Shown in pieces: positions 18,955 through 27,400 of a stretch of DNA of 64,000 nt. Source of the stretch: a bacterium (GTDB lineage: Bacteria > UBA8248); assembly GCA_965203325.1 (NCBI GenBank), contig OZ241875.1, positions 3,840,001-3,904,000 of the forward strand. The letters are read 5' to 3'. The notes under the pieces were generated by a model. It ran no database searches and was not told where the DNA came from. It saw only the letters and a list, made by a program, of their open reading frames with translations. Positions within the stretch are counted from its first letter, which is position 1, and each line of letters starts with the position of its first letter. The translations under genes were made by a program, and so were the position numbers.

Positions 18955-19240
18955 GGGGTGATGAGCATCAAAAATCCACCGACCCAAACCGGATACCACG
19001 TGCCATACCAACAACTGCCTCTGAGTCTTGCTGCATTATCACCCCACCAGCGAACGGTTACCGACAGAAACGTACCAGGCTACGCAGAAGTTTGGATTCG
19101 CCCGCTTCCGTTTTGATTACTTATTACAGAAAACAAATCCCCAACGAAACTCGCAAAAAACAAACTATCCATAACAGTTTCAACAAACTACAAGGACTCC
19201 ACCCCCGCTGAAAACCCCCCACCGCCTGAAAACACGCGAA
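18955..19240 (+). repeat. Module-boundary element, copy B, with an upstream ~110-bp segment shared with 31377-31487
   Basis: ggggtgatgagcatcaaaaat..gtgccataccaacaactgcctctgag; then ccgcttccgttttgattac..aacagtttcaacaaa..ctgaaaacacgcg. Confidence 0.8.
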
Positions 19241-19822
19241 ATCTCTTGTCGATGTCGGTTCCACCGGAAGGACTCCCGCGGCCGTACACGCCACCACGGC
19301 ACCGACGCACGGCGACCCCGCCCGCTGCACCACCTGGCCGATAATGCGAGTGCCGCAGTATCGTCGTTCACCCTAGGGATGCGCAGGTTCGCGTGCTCCT
19401 CGCCCTGGGCGTTACGATGCGTCACACGGAAAGGGTTGCCGACCTCCGCTGACCATCCCTACCAGCGCATGGTTCCGCGCAGCGCAACCCCGACTACGGG
19501 TTCATCGCTGTTATCTGTCTCGCGCAAGTTGCCCTCGATGCTCATGGTAAGATGTCGCCCGAGCCTGAAGCGTCCGACGGCGCGGTACGTCCGGCCGCCC
19601 TACGATACCGAGAGGCCGCCATAGGGCGTTAGCACACATCGGTAGGCGTCCAGGCCGTAGCCGACTTCCGCTTCTAGACTCGCGCCGGGGTCGAACGCCC
19701 CTCGGGAGAGGCCCGCCACTTGCACCGAGCAGAGGCGCTCCGCACTGTCAGAAACCGCGCCCAAGCGGTCCACCTATTGTGGCTTTCAGGCCCGGCTATT
19801 CGACAGGGACTCGATTTGGTCC

Positions 19823-20980
19823 TCATCCATTGAGGATCTGACCAATGTTTTCACCTTCGAACCAATGAATTTCATTCTTATGCGCTTTCGCGTGCCGCAA
19901 CCGATACAGAACCTCCGGTAGATTCGTATCCCTCGCGAACGGATTGACGTATAAACAGTTGTGTACGTGATGCAAGTTCCACGGAGCGAGGTCCCGAAAC
20001 ATCAAGACGGCGGAAAGCCGTTTGTAGCGCGGTTGGTATCCGCCCCGGATCCAGACTGCGTCCGGCTCACGACCAAGTTCCGGCGAGAGATCAGGGCGGC
20101 CTTCGAAATAGACGATCTGCTCTTTGCCGAACAACGTCTCCAATTCATCGTCTTTATCAAAAAAGGGATCGCATATATTCACCGCCACCACAAGCGGCGC
20201 ATCAAGTTGGCCGTATTTACTTGCCTTATCCAGTATTGCATGCCGAACTGGAGTGGAGTCGTCGGTTACTTCAGTGCGAGCGGGGCCTTTGACGAGCGGT
20301 CGGGACTTGCCATCACCTCGCTTGCCAGGAGCTATCGGTTCAAGCCATCCTCTCAAGCTCCAGGATCCGGACTGAATCGTTCGAAAAGGCGCGGCAAATG
20401 GCCCTGCCACGTCAATCAGGCGTTGAACTTCGTCAGGGTCGTGGGCCGCAAGCAGGTCGATGAACGGCTGAACCACTTGTTTCCGGCTCAAGGCGGTCGA
20501 TAGCTTCCCCTCTACTTGCGTAAAGATATGGAAGTGCGGAGAACTCAGGCTATTGATTTTCGCCACAACGTCTTCTTCCAGTGGATTGCGGGCAAAAGGA
20601 CTCGAGCTGAGATCAATGGCTTTTGTTTCAACATAGAAAGTAAAGTCGCCGTGACGAACCAAAAAGTCCGGTCGCGAGCCCGTGCAGGAAACGTCGGGAT
20701 GCACCTTCACCTTACAATCTAAGCGAGTGAGCAATTCATGGATGAATAATTCAAAAATTGATCCTCGATGACCTCGATCATCTTTTGCGCGAAACCTTCC
20801 CCGAACATCATCGCGAGCCTCGACCGGGAATCGCTGAAACCACGATTCGAGTCGAGCGCGAATCTCGGTTGCCTTGTGATGCGCAGATCGGTTCAGATAT
20901 GAAAAAAACCTTTCATTTTTTTGTCTTGAACTCGTGTCTGTTCGCTTTATGTCATCGAAGAGAGAGAGGCGAGTGGTCAT
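19823..20980 (-). CDS. Hypothetical PD-(D/E)xK nuclease-like protein
   Basis: FELFIHELL..SRPDFLV..YVETK; ATG overlaps the stop of the hsdS remnant. Confidence 0.65.
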   Translation of the reverse strand: MTTRLSLFDDIKRTDTSSRQKNERFFSYLNRSAHHKATEIRARLESWFQRFPVEARDDVRGRFRAKDDRGHRGSIFELFIHELLTRLDCKVKVHPDVSCTGSRPDFLVRHGDFTFYVETKAIDLSSSPFARNPLEEDVVAKINSLSSPHFHIFTQVEGKLSTALSRKQVVQPFIDLLAAHDPDEVQRLIDVAGPFAAPFRTIQSGSWSLRGWLEPIAPGKRGDGKSRPLVKGPARTEVTDDSTPVRHAILDKASKYGQLDAPLVVAVNICDPFFDKDDELETLFGKEQIVYFEGRPDLSPELGREPDAVWIRGGYQPRYKRLSAVLMFRDLAPWNLHHVHNCLYVNPFARDTNLPEVLYRLRHAKAHKNEIHWFEGENIGQILNG

Positions 20981-21120
20981 GATTTGGTCTTTCCAATGAA
21001 ATGCTCAGCATCATTCACCCGCAATTCTACCGACACGAGTTTCGGCAGCAGGGTATCACGCAGGGCGGTGAGGGCACGATATTCCGCAATGTTGGACTTT
21101 ATTACAGCATCAAAGGACCG
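20977..21120 (-). pseudogene. hsdS: Type I restriction specificity subunit C-terminal remnant
   Basis: ALTALRDTLLPKLVSVELRV is the conserved HsdS C-terminal helix; truncated at the IS1111-type end. Confidence 0.75.
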
Positions 21121-21345
21121 TGAATGGACGCGCCCCAAAATGCAAGCCTTGTCTTGGACAGTTCGGCGCAATACAGTCTGGCTCAGTCGTGTATTCGGCC
21201 TCTCGATTGCGGTGCTTCATCCTGGCCGCGGTCCCGTATGGAGATGCGAGGACCGGGGCCATATCGCTTACGCGAACTTGAAAGGTCTCCGTTCAGCTCT
21301 TGGTTTGCTTGCTCCCGTCTCGATGACCGTAAGTGGACGTACATG
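21121..21345 (-). mobile_element. IS1111 (IS110 family)-type 3' noncoding end without transposase, copy 1
   Basis: Minus strand ends gcttgcattttggggcgcgtccat; shares cgcgtaagcgatatggccccggtcc and tctccatacggg with copy 2. Confidence 0.65.
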
Positions 21346-21452
21346 GACACCCACATAGGCTATATATACCCGCACTCGGCGAGTCGATGCAGACGAGCGT
21401 GGCATGATAGGATATATGGCCCGTGATCGGGAGCGGGTGAATCAGGGACAAC

Positions 21453-22505
21453 ATGAGGGATTCGTCGTCCATGATCGTGCCGAACAACGAGGGTAGGGTG
21501 TGCGACGCAGTCCTCAGGACCCTCGAAAAATGGACACGCGAGACGCGCTCGGATGTCCGTCATCCCGATAAGGAGGGAGACACTCCTCCCGTCGATCTGC
21601 GTCTGAAGCTCGGCTCCCGGGAATATGCGATTGAGCACACTCGGGTAGAGTCGATCGAAAATCAGATTACGACCGTGGTCGTCGCGAACCAAATCATCGA
21701 GCACATCAGAAAAGCTATCCCGGAGCCATTCTCAAGCCTGGCCTACTACGAACTGCAATTCCCAACCGACGTTTCCCTGCCCAAAGGCCGAGTCAAAAAA
21801 AGAGAACGAGCACTTGGTGATCTCGTCGAATGGCTCCACGCGAGCGAGAAAACCCTGCACGAGCGGAACTCCGGCCAAATCTTATCAATCCGCAATCCTT
21901 ATCGGTCCGATGATCGTATCCATGGAACCCCGCCGGGATTTGAGTGTGAATTCGAACTGCTGCAATGGCCGAGTGCACGGCTCGTGCAACGAAAGCCAGG
22001 CTCACTCTCGTTCAGGTTCATTCCTCCGGACGATATGGAGGGTCCGCGAGTGGGCAGTCTCCGGCATGCCTTGTCCAGGAAATGCCCCAAGCTTCAGGCC
22101 TGCAAGGCGGACGGCGCGCGTACCGTTCTGGTTTTGGAAAGCGGTGACCCGGGCCTTACGAGCTTCGAATTCCGCGAAGACCTTCTTCCTTCACTGCTAT
22201 CAGCGTGCACAAATACGCCGGACGAGATATTCCTGGTGGAAACCCGCAGAGAACGCTGGTCGGTGCAGTTGCTCAAGCGTGACGAGGCCCATTGGCCTGA
22301 CACCGGAATGCCCGAAATGGGCGGTCTCTACTACGACCCCGCTCCATCGCCCCTGCCGGGTATACCCGAATGGCTTGACAGCTTTCCCCAGGGGATGCGC
22401 TACGCCTTGCAACTGGACCACATGTATACGCCCTTCTTGCCGGGGTGGGCTCCTAAAACCTTCGAGAAAGGCGAATTGTCCGATCTGACGGCAACACCGG
22501 CGTAA
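21453..22505 (+). CDS. Hypothetical restriction-endonuclease-fold protein
   Basis: PPVDLRL..YAIEHT (PD..ExT variant), KCPKL..TVLVLES. Confidence 0.55.
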   Translation: MRDSSSMIVPNNEGRVCDAVLRTLEKWTRETRSDVRHPDKEGDTPPVDLRLKLGSREYAIEHTRVESIENQITTVVVANQIIEHIRKAIPEPFSSLAYYELQFPTDVSLPKGRVKKRERALGDLVEWLHASEKTLHERNSGQILSIRNPYRSDDRIHGTPPGFECEFELLQWPSARLVQRKPGSLSFRFIPPDDMEGPRVGSLRHALSRKCPKLQACKADGARTVLVLESGDPGLTSFEFREDLLPSLLSACTNTPDEIFLVETRRERWSVQLLKRDEAHWPDTGMPEMGGLYYDPAPSPLPGIPEWLDSFPQGMRYALQLDHMYTPFLPGWAPKTFEKGELSDLTATPA

Positions 22506-22534
22506 CCACCATGCCCGAACAATCATCGAAAGAC

Positions 22535-22755
22535 GTGTAAGGGAAAATGGTCAATCAGACAGGAACGGGAAAATCCGGGCATACGAAGAACTCTCAAGCT
22601 CGCGTAAGCGATATGGCCCCGGTCCGCGTATCTCCATACGGGCTCGCGGCGAGTAAAAAAACGTAAAAGAGAAGCCGGACATACGGCTGTACCTGATCAC
22701 CAACCTCGAAGTTTTCAAAAGACTTGCTTGCATCAACTGGCGCGTCCACATATGG
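22535..22755 (+). mobile_element. IS1111 (IS110 family)-type 3' noncoding end without transposase, copy 2
   Basis: gccggacatacggctg..gcttgcatcaactggcgcgtccacata; inverted homolog of 21121-21345. Confidence 0.65.
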
Positions 22756-22929
22756 TTTGTTCTACTTGTCGAGAAATGGTGCCCCAAACTTCTTCACGGG
22801 ATTGGAGACAAACTTGATCGCGGTCGGAAACATGGGCATCGCCGAGCGTGTCACGATATCTTGTCAAAGTTGGCAGACACGAGTAAGGACGAATCGTAAT
22901 TCAACAGTACGATCTGGAGCGGAGGACAA

Positions 22930-23943
22930 GTGAAGCCGAAGTTTGATCCTGCTGAATTTGTTCGACGCGTTGGGCGCGATTTGGTGAGTTCCTTTGAGTC
23001 TGCACGTGAAGCCACTACACCTGGGCTTGTCGGGGGCGCAATCGAAAATGCGGTTCGGAACCGACTAGAGCAGATACTACCGAGAGGAATCGGCGTAGGC
23101 ACCGGCTGCGTGATTGATATTCACGGAGGCACTAGTCGTCAAATAGACGTCGTTTTGTACGAGAAAGAACTGTGCCCAAGATTCTCCGTTAATGAGAATT
23201 CAGAGACAAGTTATTTTCCTGTGGAATCTGTGCTCGCCGTCGGTGAGGTCAAGAGTGTTATCGGGAAAGTGGAACTTAATGACGCTTTCAAGAAAATCGC
23301 TTCCGTGAAATCGCTCTATAGATCATTTGAGAAGATGGATGGCAACGTGTATGTAGGCAGGCGGTATAGCGATAGTGGTTCTGCAACAGCACTTGGGTTT
23401 TATCGAGATAATACCAACTTGGGTGATGTCCTTGGATTCGTACTGGCAGAGAGATCTAATATCACCATAACCTTGCCCGACCCCTCGAAGACACACAAGT
23501 CCGCTCCGAAGGCAACACTCTTGGGGCATTACGTTGAGAATGTAACAACGCTAAACAACGATGTGCTGTGTCCTGATACGGTAGTCTTTCTTGATGGTAC
23601 TGTTTTGGTTCCTTATGCGGCGAACGGATTGACTCCTTATGTAGCCGCCAGAGTGCGAAATGTGCTGCCACATCTTATTCATCCAGTTAAGGCCGATTCG
23701 CCATTCGGAGAACTCATCAAGACAATTTGGAAGCGACACCGGGAAGGAATTACAGCACACATACCACTAGAGAGATACCTGCACTTCGAAGCTAAGACGG
23801 AACCGAAATTGACGTGGGCCGTGATTGCCAATTTTCACCAACCGGACCAAAATGAACTGAAGGTGGGGGAGCGATTAGAAATCACGACACCGACCGACCA
23901 CCTTAGAAGTGATTTGCAGTATCTGGCGAGAAATAGAACATAG
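22930..23943 (+). CDS. DUF6602-like restriction-endonuclease-fold protein
   Basis: GGAIENAVR, GCVID..SRQIDVVLYE, FPVESVLAVGEVKS. Confidence 0.75.
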   Translation: MKPKFDPAEFVRRVGRDLVSSFESAREATTPGLVGGAIENAVRNRLEQILPRGIGVGTGCVIDIHGGTSRQIDVVLYEKELCPRFSVNENSETSYFPVESVLAVGEVKSVIGKVELNDAFKKIASVKSLYRSFEKMDGNVYVGRRYSDSGSATALGFYRDNTNLGDVLGFVLAERSNITITLPDPSKTHKSAPKATLLGHYVENVTTLNNDVLCPDTVVFLDGTVLVPYAANGLTPYVAARVRNVLPHLIHPVKADSPFGELIKTIWKRHREGITAHIPLERYLHFEAKTEPKLTWAVIANFHQPDQNELKVGERLEITTPTDHLRSDLQYLARNRT

Positions 23944-24210
23944 CCGAGTTTGTACACCGACTTTGTAAGCGGCGGCAGTTTGATGGTCGTGCCAAAACCA
24001 GTGCAAGCATGAAATCCTGACCGAAAGGAGTTGGACCAAACCCGTGTCCTCAGCACATCGGTAGTAACAGGATATACAAGAAATCCCGATGAATAAGTAG
24101 CATTCTCACCGACCCTAGCGAGACATTGGCCCACATCGTTAACTTTGACTCAGGAGAGCCTGTGGTCCGCTCTATCACCTCACGAGCGAACGCTTATCGA
24201 CAAACACCCG

Positions 24211-24375
24211 CCGGGATACGCAGGAGTTGTAATTCGCTCGCATTCGTTTTGATTACTTGTTGCGGGAGGTGGATTCCGAACGAGACCCGGGGGAAATGAA
24301 TGCTTCTCAATGATATCAACGGGATCAGGGGATTTTACTACCGCCGGAAGTCCTCCACCCTCTGAAAACACGCGG
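24211..24375 (+). repeat. Module-boundary element, copy C
   Basis: ccgggatacgcaggagtt..cgttttgattactt..ctgaaaacacgcg. Confidence 0.7.
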
Positions 24376-24464
24376 GAGAGCGGGATGCGCGCCCCCTCCC
24401 GCCGGGAGGGGGACCGCGATGAAGCGGGCCGGGAGGAACGGCCTGCGCCACCCCCGGTCCGCCC

Positions 24465-27400
24465 CTACCACCGCTTCGAGCCTTTGAGCAGGAGGCCGCC
24501 TTCGGGTCTCCCGCCGCCGGCCTGTTCGGTGAGGCTCGCCTCGAGGCTCACCTCTGTGGCCGCCCCGGGCTTCCACCGCGCGCCAGCGCGCCAGGTCTCC
24601 CCGGACCCTGTGACCGCCACGCCCGTATAGGGCGTCAGCAGCCCCCGCGGGGCGTCCAGACCCCAGGCCGCCTCGGCCTCGAAACCCGCGGCGCCCGGCT
24701 CGAACGCACCGCCCGGCGAGAGGCCCGCCGCCTGCGACCAGAGCCGCTCCGCACCGCCGGTGGAGGCGCCCCACGAGGAGCCCGCCCGAAGCGTGAGGCC
24801 CCGTCCCCCGGAGCCCGGAGCGTACGCCACCGAGGCGCTCACGCCCCATTCCTCATAACCGCTCTCGCCGTGGGAGAGCAGGCTCCGCGCGCGCAACTCC
24901 GTCGTCAGGGCCCCCGAGGCCCAGCGGACCGAGCCGCCGGCCTCCACCCCGCCGCCCGTCTCCGCGTCGCCCGAATCGTTCCGGAACCCTATCTCCAGCG
25001 AGGGCGTCAGCACCGCATCGCCGAACCTGAGCGAGCGCGAACCCTCCAGCACGAGGCGCACGCGGCTCGTCTCCGCCTCGGTCTCCGCCAGGCCCGCCGC
25101 AGCGTCCGAGCGCGTGTTCGTCACCAGGACGTCCGCGCGAAGCGCGAGCTCGAACCCGCCCGCCTCGCGCGCGGGCAGAACGACCCCGCGCGCCCCGGCC
25201 GCCGCCATGCCCATCGCCACGTCGGCCTCCACCGGGGACGACCCCCCGGGCGTGAGCGTCATCTCCCCCTGCCCGTGGCCCACAGCGCCCCAGAGCGAGA
25301 ACGTCCCGCTCACACGGTAGCGCGCGTAGGGGTAGACGCCCGTCAGGGCGCTCTCCACCTCGCCCGCGCAGCCCGTATCGCACGCGCCGCCCGCCTTGTA
25401 CGAGCCGTCGCCCGAACTCCGCGAGAGCGCCACGCCCACCAGCCAGCGCGCCCGCTCGTAGTCGAAGCCCACGGTCGCCGTCGTCACGTCGCCCTCCAGC
25501 GAGAGATCGCCCTCGGCGCCCTCGAACGAGGAGCGCGCGCCCCGGCCCCACAGCGACCAGCGCGAGCCGGCGTCCCCGCCGCCGGCCGAGGCCATATGAA
25601 ACGAACTCGCGAGGAGGAGGTCGGACATCGCGACCTCGCGCACCGAAGGCGCTTGCGCCTCCCCGCCGCGCCCGAGCCGGACCTCCCTCTCCTTGAGGAG
25701 GGCCTCGGCGAGGCGCGACTCGATGGCCTCGCGCTCCGCCTTGCCCGTGAGGCTGTGGCCGCCCAGCACGACGCCCGCGGCGGCGCCGCCCGAAAGGCGT
25801 CCGTCAATCGCCTCGGCGACGTGGCCCGCCGCCGCGCGCCCGAACCGCGCCAGCCACATCGCCTGCAGCGGGTCCTCGTTGCGGATGACCCCCTTCGCCT
25901 TGCTGTGCACGTTCCTGAGATACGCGCCCCGCGGGTTCGAGAGCAGAAGCCGCATCGTCTCCTTGCCCTCGTCGATGGCGTCGTCGAGCACCGGCACCGA
26001 GACCGTCTTCGCCGTCTCGCCCGCCGCAAAGGTCAACGTGCCCGAGGTGGCCGTGTAGTCCGCCCCCGCCGTCGCCGTGCCGTCCTCGGTCGCGTAGTCC
26101 ACCGAGACGTCATGCGCCGCCGCGCGGTTGAGCGTCACCGCGAAGTCGAGCGATTCGTCCTTGCCCTCCTTCGCCCTGGCGCCCTCGATGCGGATGCGCA
26201 CCGGGCCGCCGATGGTTGCCGACGCACTGTTCGACAGCGCCCGTCCGTCGGCGGTGCAGATTGCCCCGGACACGGCGCAGTCCGCCGGCTGGAGGAGCGT
26301 GATCGTCACGTCCTTCCAGGCGTTGGCCTTCTTCGGCGTCACAGTCACGGTGTACCGCGTGCCCGACCCGCTGACGCTGGCTTTCCCCGGCGCCACCTTG
26401 AAGGAGGCCGCCACCGGCAGGTTGCCGGCGCCCGGCGCCTCGCTCAGCGTGAGGTCGAAGGTGAACGCCGTGCCGTCATGCTCCGAAGGAACGTTCTCGA
26501 ACGCCGCCGTCAGCGGCTCCGTGCGCTGCTGCTGTTGTTGCTGCGCCTGCTGCTGCTGCGCCGCCTGCCGCGTCACCGTGACCTCGTAGGTCTTCTCCAC
26601 GCCCGTCCCCGCCGTGGTCTTCACCACGAGAACGTTGGCGCCGACCGCCAGCGCGACCGCGGGACCGGACCCGCCGCTCCGCACACGGGTCAGCGCCGTG
26701 CCGCTGCCCGCCCGGAGCGTCAGGTCCTCGTCCGCCGTCGCCGGCACAAGCCGCGCATGCGTCGTCCCGTGCGGCACCGTCACCGCATACGCCGTCGTCT
26801 CCGCCGCGAACGCGCCGAGGTCCAGCTTCGCCCACGGCCCGCCGGCGCCCGGGGCGCCCTCGACCGACAGCCCGTCCAGATGCGCCTCGTCGTTCAGGAT
26901 CTCGACCACCGCCCGGCCGTAACCCGGCGCGATGGTTGCGCCCGACGGGTTCGACAGCACCACATAGAACGTTTCCCCGCTGTCCTCCACGTCGTCGTCG
27001 AGGACGTAAAACTGCACCTGTTTGCGCGTCTCGCCCGGCGCGAAGGTCACCGTCGAGGGAGCCATAGAGTAGTCCGCGTCCAGCGTCGCCGTGCCTTCCT
27101 CCGACGTGTAGTACACCGACACCGGGCTTGTCGACGAGCGGCTGAGCCAGAACGTAATGTCGTGGCCAGAGAGGAAATTATTGTCATCCTCGCGCCCCGC
27201 GGCGGGCCACGCGCCCACCTGCACCGCGCCGCCGTCGTCGCTCACGGTGACGAAGACGCCCTCCGTCCCGTCCGCGCTCCCGTAGTCGGTGTCCGTGCTC
27301 GAGACCAGGGCCAGGATCATCAGGTGCTCGTGGTCGCCGTCGCTGTCCTGCACCCCGGTGACGGTCACCGTCTGGGCTTGACTCCAGTTGGTCGACGTGA

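Noticed and set aside
19250..19800. Possible gene remnants between boundary element B and the nuclease
   Set aside because: Only short ORFs with no recognisable motif
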